Source of the DNA: Klebsormidium nitens
Lineage: Eukaryota > Plantae > Klebsormidiophyceae
Direction: 5' to 3'
NCBI GenBank assembly: GCA_000708835.1
Contig: DF236999.1
Span: forward strand, 186,001-250,000
Length of the DNA: 64,000 nucleotides
In this document: positions 1-12,314 of the stretch, one piece after another
How the letters are laid out: every line of letters begins with the position of its first letter
How positions within the stretch are numbered: position 1 is the first letter of the stretch
Translations under genes and position numbers: made by a program
The notes under the pieces: generated by a model
What the model saw: only the letters and a program-made list of their open reading frames with translations
What the model was told of the DNA's origin: nothing
Database searches by the model: none

Positions 1-90
1 TAGACAACGGAAACTTGGACAAACTTTTGCTCCCTACAATCGAAGGGTCGAGCTTTATGAAAGCCGCAAACCGTATGGTGACCGGCTCAC

Positions 91-3000
91 CTCGGTTGGC
101 AGATCGAGCAGCTCCGATAGCCGCTTCAGCGTAACGCGCGCGTAATACTTTGAAATTACCAGTATGTTCTGCAAGGCCACGTCGAACCGAGCAGAAGTGA
201 GCACGCAACAACAGAAACGCACGTTCCAGACTTTCCCAACGACCCGCATGCATCGAGCATATATTGGCACAGCTTGAACAGATTCACGACATCCCCAAGG
301 TTTTCTAACCAGGCGTTTGAAATCGCAAATGCAATCCTGGGGGACTGGGCGCATACAATCGGGCAACTCTTGTGACGTCAGCCGTTCTCCTAGCGCCCAA
401 CTCACATGCTCGACTATTCTCTGCTTCAAGTCTTCCAGCGACTTCTTGCCCCACTCGCCGCCAAAGATGTCGGGCTCGCTCTCCATCGCCGGGCGGTACA
501 AGTCGCTCAAGCTCTTCCACCGGACCACCTCCAGCGTGATAAACTGCTTCAGCAGGGCCCTGCAAGCGGGACCCGTACCGAGGTGGGAACCAGGACAAGC
601 CCTTTCCGAGGAACATGGTAGTCGTGAAAAGAGAACAGAACCCAACAGCAAAGGCCCGAAAGGAATGCAACGGAATGCAGCTTTTCTTGGAGGTATTTGG
701 CTTTGCAAGACCGAGATTGTCTGATCACCCCAGCTTTAGAAGGCAAATCAAGTGTGTCAAACAGCTTCAGAAGTCCCTCCACGATGGTCGGAGCTGTCGA
801 CGACGGAGTCCCTCTTCCCTCTGCGCAAGTTCCAGGCAACAGGCAAAGGAGTAGAGTGGCAGACCTGATCCGCAGAGAATCAGAGGCGGGGCTTACTTGT
901 ATTTGGGCAGCTCGAGCAGCTTCTTATCGTCGTGCGTGGCCTGCATCAGGCTGCGCTGCATGGGGTCGTGGGGCGCGAGGCACAGATACCACACAATCTT
1001 CTTCATGACCTGGAAACGAGAACACAGAAACCTAAGGGTCAGCTCCGGCTTGCACTGCGCAAACCTCGGAAACTACAAGGTTTCATTGATGGTGCACAAT
1101 CTCGATTATCAAAAATCGGAGCTCGAGATTCGACATCGAATCTGCGGCTTGCTGCTCACCGGTTGCCACTTGAGAGGGTCGTCCCTGACCGACGGCGTGT
1201 CGTAGATGTTTTGGTACGCCCGACAGATCTCCAGATACTCCCGCCCGTGCCGATAGTACCTGAAGGCGTGTTTACGAGCGTATCTAAGAGACGTTCAAGA
1301 TAAACGGGTGTGAATGAAAGATGGATGTTGTCCTTCCTGGTGCCTCGAAGGATGCGTGCAGTGCTATCCAACCGTTCGTTGGTTTCTACGACCCTCGAAG
1401 GTTTCCCGACGGTTGCCAACGAATCAAATCTCTACCCCGTGCAGTGTAAACTCTGCTCTCCGCCAAAGACAGAAAGCCACACTAACTTCTTGGACGTTCT
1501 CGTACCTGATCATAAGTTCGTAGAAGAGAACCTTGAGGTCTAGGAGGGAGGGGATATCCGCTGGCGCCGCCTCCATAACCTGCTCTGGATCCATGGGCTT
1601 CTCCTTCTTCTCCTTGGCAGGGTCTGCGGTGAACACGCGGGGGTTGATCTTCTTTGCGAGGATCTGGGCGCGCACGAAGTCCTTCCGATCCAGACACAAC
1701 CGGACCTGTCACGTGTGAAACGAAAGGTCACATGAGAGGGAGTTGCGGACAAGAACAGTATGACAATTCTGTGATGATTTGGACGACAATGGAAACGAAT
1801 AGAACTCAATTCTGGTATATGGAAAAGTGACAAGACGATGTCAAGAGTCTACTTGACTGACTTCCAGAGCACAACTCTGCAACAGCAAACGGTTGCCACT
1901 GAACTTTGATTTGTTGGTCACCGCAGGCCCTCACCTGCTCCAAGATGAAGGCTAGCTTCTCAGTCCGTGCCATGGCTCCGAACGTCTCCACCTGTACCAG
2001 GAGGGGAAGATTGTTGCTCTTAGAGATCTTTTACAGGCGTCAAGCCATACGAAGCCATACCAACGAACAGAACATGCCAGGCAGTACCTTGGCTCTCTTA
2101 GAGAAGCTCCCAAGAGATTTGACTTTAACGACCCGGTCTGCTTGGTCGTGCATCTGTGCATCTGTGCAGGATTCGTGAGCATTTTCTGCTGTCACGATTC
2201 GTATGATAGTGTCCAGAAACGCACGTCTGGATATCTATACCAGATCCAATGTAGGAGGTTCTCAAACGTGCTAGCCAGGGGTTCAGGTGGTGACGAACAG
2301 CGATCTCACGCAGGGCAGAGGGAATAAGGCCAAGACTGAAGACAGAATGCCTCACGACTCAATCAGCTTTGCCTCTGGTACCAGCATGAACTTACCGCCA
2401 CCTCCTGCATGATCTCTGCAGCCTCATCTATCTTCCCTTGCAGTTCTTTGATCTTGGCAAGCCTCTTGGTCAACCGGGCACGCTGGATCTCCACGTATAT
2501 CTGCACCAAGACCCACGCCAATCGGTCACTCCAGAACTTGGTTTCCTCCCAGAACCAAAGGCTCCAATAGGATAGACCTTTGATTGTATCGCAACAACGT
2601 CCCTGTTAATTGAGTAGAGTTGCTGTACCACAAGTGGTCGTGCTAGGGTATGAGTGGAAAGCGCCACGACACTTACCTTGCCTGCCGTGACCGTGTTCAA
2701 GGTCTTTATCAGCTCAATCTGCGTCTCCACATCTGGTGCCTTGTCGATGTACGCCATCGCCTTTTGCACCATCTCTACGACGGCCTGGATCAAGGCAGAA
2801 TGCCAGCTCAGGGTCTTTGTTGTTACGACGCTGATGAATAAGCTTGCAAGTTGCAGGGGCATACGTCAAAGCTACAACAACCTTAGAAATAGCCAGAAGC
2901 AACATGCTTGGATCCAGTGGTGTGGAAAGACCTGCTACAGGTGATGTCAATCGCGTCACGGACGGTACTCAGTGCAAAGAAGAGACAGACGCACCTGCTT

Positions 3001-3808
3001 CAACTGAGCCCGTCTCTTTGACAGTAGCACGATCTGCTCATTCAAACCCTTCCAATCCCCAGCTTCAAAACACGCTTCAAGGATTCCCGCAACGACCTTC
3101 TTCGTCCCTGTGATGTCCGCAGCCTGCACAGATTGCAAGAAGGTAACAAACCTTTTCATTATTTCAACCGCTCGAATCTGGTACTTAGCAAGCACACTTC
3201 TGCACGATGGAATCGTGCAATTATCAAAGTAAGGGTGGTCCTTTGAGAGGGAATGAAACTACTAGAATATAGAAAAGGACAAGGTGCAAGCCAAGGAGCG
3301 CGCGCATGTGCCCAGGATATGAGCAACAAGCAGGCCAAGGTTTTGTGGTTGGACCCTCACCAAACGCATCTGCTTTTCAATGTTGAGGAGGCTCTCCACA
3401 GCATCGGAAAGCTTATTGTGCTGCAAGACAAGAGAGCACAGATGAGTGCAAGCTCAGCCCTAAAGTAAACAGGTCCTAACAACAGAATATGAGGGCAGTT
3501 GGAATTCAAACTGCAGGGAAGAATTGCAATATCGAATGCAACCACGGTCCTACCACTGATCCACAATTCTGACTCGCATGACAATTTCAGCGACCGCTCG
3601 CAACTCTGCTCATGTCCATAAAGCAGCGCCTTTGAACATGTGGTTGATCCAGGTTTGGAAGGCTTTTGAAATATGGCGGCACAAACTTTCAGCCAGCAAT
3701 TACCTTCAAAGCCTGCGTCTTGTGCGTCTGAATGTTCTCGTCCAGCTCGTCATAGTTGATGGCCTTGGCCTTTCCTGATCCCTCCTTTTTTGAAGCATCG
3801 TCCTCCAT
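91..3808 (-). CDS. RPN5: 26S proteasome non-ATPase regulatory subunit 12 (lid subunit RPN5/PSMD12); 3' end lies beyond the window start
   Basis: Eleven GT-AG exons stay in phase: 3808-3704, 3420-3361, 3123-2995, 2784-2677, 2500-2396, 1991-1935, 1705-1506, 1259-1160, 1009-897, 559-406, 168-91. The spliced product has RPN5 signatures: [65 protein letters not shown], and the PCI-domain stretch [28 protein letters not shown]. Confidence 0.95.
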
Positions 3809-4749
3809 CTTGTCCGCTTTTCAGGTGCTTAGGCTCTCGACAACCTAATCCTGCAATTCAAACAGGATCAAGCCGTGGCGCAGGAGGGTGGCAGCCTGCA
3901 GCAGTCCTAGTGGCGCTCCTATACGCCTCTCCGTTGCAACCAACACAGACAATTTGAATGGGCCTTGGCCGCCAAGTTGGCGCAAACTTGTGGCTTCCAC
4001 TCCAGCTTACGAGCTAGCGGAGCGGGGATTTTTCCTGAGTCCCAGCAAAGGTCTGCCCTTTCCTTCCTAAACTAAGCTCGACGACCGTTCGATGATAGAG
4101 ATTTTGAACGGCTTAAAGTGCATGGAATTTGGGCTCTGCGGTGGGCCTGAGTGACCGAATATGTCCGTCACCATTCTAGTTACTCCCTTCCCTGAAGTTG
4201 GAGTTGCAGGGGGGGTGTCGCGATCCCGGAAATCTAGCAAAGAAGGCGCGCAACCGGAGTGCCTCAAATATACAATGATTGGTCTAATTTCCAAAGGAGA
4301 GATGTTTGACACTGGACTTCGTTCGAGGTTTCATTGTGGACTGGCTTTAGTAATAGTGATACCTGCGAAGGGTTGATCGGGGGTAAAATTTGTGCGCCGG
4401 TATATCCTCGTATATCTTGCGTATCAAAACAGAACCGATAGCAATAAACGGGTAACTTCACGTCCGGACATCTAGGCTTTTCTGCATTCTAAACCCTCGA
4501 TCAGAAAGCTGGTAAGCATCTGACCGCCACAATACCTTCGTCTTAGGAACTCTCTGTCCATGGATGAAGCTTGTAATCCATTTTGTCTCATATGATGGGG
4601 GAATAAGGATTGAGAGGCCGCGCTTTTGTCGTTTAGCAATTTTATACCGTTGAAATTTTGTCTCTTCCTTGTTCATATAGGTACCAATGGATATGAACGG
4701 TACCCACCGAGGTAGCTATGGTAGCCCATGGTCTCCGCCAATTAACAAG

Positions 4750-5004
4750 TACCGGTAGGTAGGTACCTGACTTGAAGGACGGTAATGTAGGTAGGTTTGA
4801 GTCAAACTTGCCATCGGGTTCCAATCTTCTCGAGCATGATTCCTAGACTTTAATGCCGTTCGATGCATGCCTCTCGATTGATCGGACGGTTCACAATTAG
4901 GAATTCAGAATTCTGCTCCGAGCAATTTATAAACCCAATGGCAAACTTGGTCACTGTTCAAAGAGCAGTACCATTTCAGGGTACGGCACGGCTACCTACC
5001 GGTA
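4750..5004. repeat. 13-bp perfect inverted repeat inside a GGTAC/TACC-rich patch of the divergent RPN5/EamA spacer
   Basis: TACCGGTAGGTAG at 4750-4762 is the exact reverse complement of CTACCTACCGGTA at 4992-5004. Confidence 0.55.
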
Positions 5005-5479
5005 CGGTATACCATATACTGGCCTACCGGGCTCACTCTGAGTCTTGTGGAAGGTGGGCTAGCGACTCGCGAGACTCGAGTCACCATCATCTGATTCGTC
5101 ATGGCCTGACTCGCGCGCAATGGTGCAAAATATCTCCTGTTCCAACTTCAATGCCTTCTGCAAAACCTGGCAAAAGCCTAAAGGGGAAGCAAAAGGAGCG
5201 CACTTTTGCTATCAGTGTCACGCAGATCTTGAGAAGGCAAGACCCAGAGACAAGATCTGCGTGTGTTGTAGTACGCCTCCTAGACAGTTTTGCCTTGGAC
5301 GGCTGTAGAACGCAAGGTTAGTTTCATCACTAGAGAGTCTAGTTTTCAGAGCGGCGTTTGCTCAAAGTAAGCACTTGTTCTCTTTTAAGCTGAAGGGCCG
5401 TGCTATTAAAACCAGGGGGACAGTTGAACTACGGTATAATAAAACATCCTGATGGTGACAGGACATACCTCTGTTTGCC

Positions 5480-8400
5480 ATGGTTCAACAAAGTGCTGCA
5501 GTGCTGGGCAACCGCAAGTGTCAAAGTCTTAGTTACTCCAGACCCAATAGGCGGCCTTTCCTGAGCCAAAGATCAACCGCATGTGTCGCTCTGGTCTCAA
5601 AGGAAACGCTTGGATGGTTTAGACATCCACGACATGGGCTCAGGCAAGCACTGAGCAGGGGAGAACCAATACTGTGTCAAAGAAGGCAGTCTGAGGCGTC
5701 AAGTCCCAGGTTGAATAAGAACCGGTACACTGGAAAAGCCTCTGAGCGGAGAGGGAATCTTTTGAAAGAAGAAAAGGCCCCTTATTCTGTGCCAGACGCC
5801 ATTAGAAAGCAGTTCAGAAGCAATCATCGCTTGCAGGCAGTTGGTTCAGACTCTCCTAGGCGGAGTGGGCCAGATAAGCAGCGGCTAGGGGGTGTCGGCA
5901 AGTCTGGTGGACGAAAGGGATGGGCCAGCGGTTTCAGGGGTCTCACCAAGTTGGAGGAGAGGGAGGTTTCTCTTGTGGATCGGTCGGGCCCTGAGGAGAG
6001 CAGGGAGAACACACAGGGAGGGAAGGACGCCGGGGGTTTGTCAGATTGGCTTGTGCAGTTGCTGAGTGGGCAGGAGAGATCAGAGAAGTGGGATCAGGCA
6101 AAGCATGCAAGTGACGCAGAAGGGGACGGTTCAACTCGCCGGCCCGGCCGGTTTGCTAGTCTTCTGAACTCTTTCCAGGCCAAGGTTGGCTCTCAGGGGG
6201 GGCAGGGAGGAGAGAGCGATGCGCAAGCAAGGGAAAAGGATGCGGAAGATGATGGGCCTGCTCCTACAGCTTTCTCATCATGGACAAGTCTGGACGAACC
6301 CTGGGCTAGCATTGTCCTTTTGAATCTGCTAGCGGCTCTGTATGGGTCCAATGCTGTCGCCGCAAAGTTTGTCGAAGAGGCCGCCGTGGTGCCCCCTGCA
6401 AGGTAAGGGGTGTGCCATCAATCTTACATTGCACCCTTCAGGTTGATAGATTTCGATCCTACTGCCCTTATAGCATTCTGGGGTAGGTTGCTGGGTTTGT
6501 TTGGTTCACTGGCAATATAAGCATCTTACATCTCTTTCGTCTCATGTCGGGTTCTGAAGCCCAATATCAATCTTGCCCAAGGGTTTCATGTGGTACACGA
6601 TGCAGCTCTTCTAGTTTGAAGGGGCTTCTGTCATGTTTCAGAAGTCTGCTCATGGGCTCAGCTTCTCTGCTGTGATACTCTCTTGGGGTGCGACAAGCTT
6701 CTTTTGCATGCACAGCTTTTTTATGGTTTTATGATCCTAGGAACCAAGCATGTCCCAATCTACTTTTCTGCAGCCTTGCCTGCGCCGTCAAGTTCAGCTT
6801 TGCTGCCCTGGCCTTCTCCCCTGTTCTCTGGAGCGTTCTCACGTCGGAGAAGTCTAAGGACAAGAAGACGGTCTTGGCGGGGATTGAGCTTGGGATGTGG
6901 CTGATGGCCGGGATTGTGAGCCAGACGGTTGGCATGAAGACTGGCAGCAGCAGCATTAGCCTGCTGTTTACGTTCACCATCATCCTGGTGCCCCTCCTCG
7001 AGGTGTCAATCGGAAGGCGCTCCATCAGCCAGTACACATGGCTCGCCTCCCTTGCCGCCCTCACAGGTGCGTTCCTTGTTTGATGGTGTCCCCTTCAGGA
7101 GCTTGTATCTGCATTGGCGCGCTTGTAAACCGTTGCTACCCAGTAGGAGGGATTGTACTGTTTGTTGTGCTCTCTTGTTTGCTGTCTGGATAGGTCTGTT
7201 GTACTTCTATCCTCACGTTGATTCGTTTGGTTATGTTCTTTCAGACCAATCACTTTCTTCAAAAAGAGACAGCTTTATTTGATCCACGGTGTCTTCCAAC
7301 TTTTCTGTCTCCTCCCCACTTCCTCACACCTTTTTGTCCTCCTCCACCTCCCCAGGCATGGGCCTGCTCAAGGACCACGGCGGCCTCACCCTTGACCTGG
7401 TTGCCCCCCCTGTGGAGGACCTGTGGGGCCTGTTCAGCTCCGCCATGTTCGCCATCCAGATTTTTCGGGCCGAGATGCTCTGCCAGAAGTTTGACCCGCT
7501 GCGCCTAGTTGCCACCCTCCTGGGAGTGTTGGCCGTCCTGTCGATTGGTTGGGAGGGGTGGTCCCTGGTGCATGGAGGCAATGGGATTGAGCCCCTGGAG
7601 CGTCAGCTGAGGGGACTGCCTGTGTGGCCTCTCATGTATGGCGGTTTGGTTGCTGGAGGTGAGTGACAGCCTCGATGTGCGGTGCCTACAATTGCTTTGT
7701 TGGGAAGATGAAAGGGGAAGGGTCCCCCTCAGGTGGAAACAGAAACATTGAGCATCTTTTGTGGTGATGTTTTTGCGATGCATCGGAATAATGTGACACC
7801 CTTCTGGTTTAGGAGCGAAGTCATCTCTGGTTTAGGCTGCGTCGCTTTAACACACCACATGCCTGCTGAAAAAGAAGCCTTTTTGAGGGACTGCCCTTTC
7901 AAGCTGTTGCTGGTTGTATAAATGTGGAACGAAGCTACAATCGCTGGACAGGTGAAGGCGGTTGGAATTGATCATCACTGCCGTGTATCTCAGTTGCCCT
8001 TCTCTTGCTGTCCAGGTTTGGGGGGTCTTCTGGAGTTGACGGGCCTGCAGAACATACACGCTTCTACGGCCACCCTGATCTACACCACTATTCCCATCTG
8101 GGGCGGCTTCTTCTCCTTCCTGGTCCGGGGGGAGAGCATCGGCGAGCCGGCCACCCTAGTGGGGGGCAGCCTCATGTTCGCCTGCAGTCTTGTTGCTGGG
8201 GTGCTTCAACCGAAGAAGGAGCAGGAGCCCCCCCCAGAAACAGAGGCCAAGAAAAAGGAGAAGCAAGCGGCACTGAAGGAGGAGAAGAAGGAGGAGGTTC
8301 AGCAGAACGTGATCATGGCTGCGGTGCGGGACTTGGTGCGCGGAAAGAGCGGAGACGTCGGGGAGCAAGTAGAGGAAAAGAAGGGGCGGAAGGTGCTGGG

Positions 8401-11400
8401 CCTGAAGCCCCACCAAGAGGCGCTGGCGCTGAAGCGCCAGGTGGCGCTGAGCAAGGAACTAAAGGGGGAGAGCAAAGGCATGGTGGGGAGAGCGATGGGG
8501 GCTTTGGCCGCTTTCCGGAGAGAGGAGCCTGAACCTGAGCCTGAACCTGAGCCTGAAACCCTGATGGAAAAGGCGATTGATGCGCTGACGGCACCGTTCC
8601 ACAAGGAAGAAGAGACTGTCTGCCCGCCAGAGGAGAAGATTGAACGGTCCAGTTCGCTTGGGAAAGCTGCGGCGCGGTTAGGGGAGGCGATCATGGCCTC
8701 TGGCGAAAACTTCTTCGAGGGTGCGGGGGAGGAGAAAGCAAAGAAAGCGGACGAGTCGGGTGCGGAGACGGACGATGAAGGAGAGGAGCCGTCCGTTAAC
8801 TCAGACACGCTCCCAGCTGCTTATCTCACGACGCAACTCAAGATGCCGTTTTACGCAACTCAGGCACAGGGCATGATGGCGGGGGCGAGCGGGGTGGGGG
8901 CGACAGCTGGCGCGGGCGCTTCGGGTGCTGCTGCGGGGTCTGCAGCAGCGGGGGGCGCAGCGGCAACCACTGCCGCGGGGGGGGCTGGAGCAGCTGCGGC
9001 AGGGGCAGCAGCAACGGGTGGCGCTGCCGCAGGCACGGCTGCTGCCGGTACGTTGTTGTCCTTTGCTGGTTCTAAACAAAACTTGACATCATGCTGAAAG
9101 AAGCTGGGTGGTTCTGAACCATGGGTAGAAGCCTGTGAAAACAGTGGGTTTTCGGTTTTCGCTTGTGAAGCTGGACACAACGTACCAACTAGTTCAGAGC
9201 TGATGCACGGCTACTGCAGTTCTCAGTTAAACTTGCTCGATCTGGGCGGACGGGACCTAATCAAGCTTGAATGTGAGGCCTTGACACAATTTCTGGTGAT
9301 TACGTTTTTGCGAAGATGCTTCTAGGCCAGTCCAGTTTGTCCCGCACAAACAAGTCCTGCAGCTAAACACCTCTTTACTTGCAGGAGCTGGTGCAGCAGC
9401 CGGCACGAGCACCGCCGCGTCAGCCGGCGCAGCCCTCACGGCTGCCGCCGCCCCTGCCACGACAAGCGCCCTTGCAGGGGCAGCGGCCTCTACTGGTGCT
9501 GCCGCGACGGGTGCAGCAGCTACGGGGGCTACTGCCGCAGCCACAGGGGCTGCCGCAACTGGTGCGGTGGGTGCAGCGGCATCTGGCGTGACGGCAGCAG
9601 CAACCGGGGCAGCGGCAACGGGAGGAGCAATAGCAACAGGGGGGGCAGCCGCGACTGGCGCAGCAACAGCAGGGGCGGCGGCAGCAACTGGGGCGGTAGC
9701 CACTGGAGCTGCTGCAACGGGTGCAGCTGTGACGGGGGCGGCGGCAACTGGCGGAGCATTTGTAGGGGCTGCCGCTACTGGGGGAGCAACAGGGGCGGCT
9801 GTGGGTGGGGCAGCCGCGACTGGAGCTCTGGCGGCTACAGGGGCGGCGGGGACAGGGGTCGCGGCTGCTGGGGCGGGCGCAGCTGTGGCGGGGAGCACAG
9901 CAGCGGGGGCCCTCACAGGGGCTGCTGCAAGTGCGGGTAAGTAGTGTTGGCGTTTTGGGGCAATCTATTAGTTTGTTGAATGTTGCATTGTCTGATGTGT
10001 TCGTACGAATCTATTTCGGTCCAACGAGTACTCCTAATGAGAATGCTCCTAGAGCGTTTTTGCACTTTCTCAAGGATCCTGATGTTCCAGGCCCCATATT
10101 CGGTCGTAGGACCTCCAACTTACTGAATCGTCCAGAACGTTCTGCTGCGATCTCAAATAGATAGCACCTGCCAGACTACCGAACCAACCCCTTCTCAATT
10201 TCTGCAGGCGGTGCTCTGACAACGGCTGCAACTAGCGCAGCCACGGCAGCCACTGGGGCCGCAGTCACGGGCAGCGCCACGACCGCTGCTGCCGCCGGGG
10301 CCGCAGGCGCTTTCGTGGGGGCTGCCGCAGGCACCGCCGCCACGGGAGCGACCGCCACAACCGTAGCTACAACGGGAGCAGCTGCAGCAGCCGCAGGGGC
10401 GATTGGAACGGCGGCTGCTGTCGCCGGGGGGGGGAGCCATCAGTGGAGCAACTGGAGGGGCTGCCGCGGCTGGGGGTGCGGCAGTGGGCGCCGCGTGCGG
10501 GGTCGTGCCGAGCGCAGCAACGGCAGTTGCTACGGGGGCTGCGACAACGGCGGCTGCCGGGGGGGGTGCTGCTGCTGCGGGGGGTGCGGCAGCCGGGGGG
10601 CTTTTGTCGATATCGGTGGTGGCTAACGAGGCCGTGAATGTGATTGTGGGGGGGATTGCGAGCCCATCGGGGGCAGGCGCGGTGATTACCGAGGTAGCCA
10701 AGGCGGCAGGAAAGACAATTGCGCAGGCGGCATCGCCAGTTTCGGGGGCGGGGGCGAATCTGTTGGCAGACGTGGCGGGCCTGGCGGCGGACACGCCATT
10801 GGCGGCGTTTGTAAGTGAGGTGGCGGCCACTACGCAGGCAGCGGCAGGTGAGCGACCCACAAAAGTGGACAGGATCTGCAATGGCAACGCGGATCCACCT
10901 TTGTCATTCAGTTACGCTTTCAATGCGACGAAAAGGGACCATGTTTGTCTTTGAAGGAACGTGTGAATAGAACTCTGCTTACCTCGCTTGCCCTGAAGTG
11001 TCAGAAGGCAAAGCACGAATATGGAACTTGTTGGTTCGAGTCGAGAGTAAGGGACTTTCTAATTATGCAAGCCCCAAGCTTATCAAAACGTTCACAAACA
11101 GCCAAGGAACTGCCTTTGAAACGTCGCTTCACAGTGCTTCATGATGCCTGCACTGAACACGTCTACAATCTCATGCCAAGTACGAAGTACTTACTTCTCT
11201 TCGGTCCTTCCCTCCAGGTTTCGTCGCTGGCGCAGGCACCGAAGCCGGAGTGGCGATCGAAACCGCCGCCCAAGCCGGGTCGGCCGCAGTCAATGCTGCC
11301 GTCACCAGCGTCGAAGCCATCGAGGCTCTAGCGGCATCACAGATCACAGAAGCTGCCACGGCCGTGGCCCAGAGCGCGGCCGTCGCGCAGTCCGCCAGCG

Positions 11401-12314
11401 AGGTGACGTCAGCCGCCGGGATGCTGAGCGCCGTCATAGAAAACGCGGCCGCAGTCGAAGCTGCTTCCGGGGCGGCCTCCGAACTGGTGGTCGGGGCAGA
11501 CCCCCTAGCGCAGGGCCTCTCGGCCGCTGTACAGTCGGCAGGCACTGTCCTGGAAAAGGCTGTGGAACTCTCGGGCCCTGTTTCGAGCCAGGCGGTGAGC
11601 GCCTCGGAGCCCCTTGTAAATAATGTCCCAGCGGCAGTCCAAGCAGTGGTCGCCGCCATAGAAAAGGCGGCTGAGACGGCACTCCCCGTGGCCTCCGAGT
11701 CGGCCGCAGGTTCGGCCGCTAGCGCCGCGGGGGATCCCCTTGCGTCAGCCATTGCGTCAGGTGCCGCTGACATCGGAGCTGCCACGTCGGAGGCGTGGGT
11801 CTCGGCCGCGCAGGCCGTGGGGTCGGCTATCGAGGGCGCATTGCCCGCCTCTCAAGGTGCTGAGGTGGCAGCCTCCGCTGCGAGTGGCTCGTCAGTGGTG
11901 GATCCCCTGGCGAGTGAGATGGTCAGTAAAGGGGCGGAGTTTGCGGCGGCCGTGACGCATGCGGCCGGGCCGGCGGTCCAAGCTGCGGTGCACGCCGCCA
12001 CAACGGCGGCAGCTGTCGCGGGAGCCAGTGGAGCGGTGACAGCTGTCACTCACGCGGCGTCCGATATTTTGGCGAATGCGGGGGACCAGTTCACGTGGCT
12101 GGACAGCTCGCAGTCTGGGCTGGGGGATGCGGTCCCTGAGGAAGGGCACCGAGCAGCGGCGACGGTGCTGGGGATGATGGGACCGCTAAACATGCATGCG
12201 CTAGAGCAACTGTATCATGTAGGCCCGCCATTGATAGGTGGCGGACTGGCGCTCTGCTGGCTGCTGCAGGCTACGGTGTCGAGGCAGAGGAGTCCGGGGA
12301 AGGTGCCAAGGTAG
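5480..12314 (+). CDS. EamA/DMT-family transporter with a transit-peptide-like N-terminus, fused to a charged linker and a very long Ala/Gly/Thr-rich C-terminal region (~1612 aa if one extra G is removed)
   Basis: Exons 5480-6402, 6774-7066, 7356-7658, 8016-9047, 9385-9936, 10208-10847, 11218-12314, all GT-AG and phase-consistent except one extra base in the G9 run at 10426-10434. DMT-like helices: LLNLLAALYGSNAVAAK, AGIELGMWLMAG..SQTVG, LLFTFTIILVPLLE, DLWGLFSSAMFAIQIFR, LELTGLQNIHASTATLIYTTIPIWGGFFSFLVRGE. Confidence 0.8.
8525..8557 (+). repeat. Coding 12-bp tandem repeat encoding (Glu-Pro)n
   Basis: GAGCCTGAACCT x2.75 translates to EPEPEPEPEPE in exon 4 of the EamA gene. Confidence 0.85.
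8872..10847 (+). repeat. Low-complexity coding region of ~450 aa built from GAAATG/AATG/GAAA-type motifs, spread over three exons
   Basis: Translation includes GVTAAATGAAATGGAIATGGAAATGAATAGAAAATGAVATGAAATG. Codons are synonymously varied GCN/GGN/ACN, which fits protein-level constraint rather than a DNA microsatellite. Confidence 0.9.

Noticed and set aside
8860-11785. Long minus-strand Pro/Ala-rich ORFs (9257-9916, 10195-10887, 11171-11785)
   Set aside because: Antisense shadows of GCN/GGN/ACN codons in the plus-strand repeat exons; the splice sites support only the plus strand.
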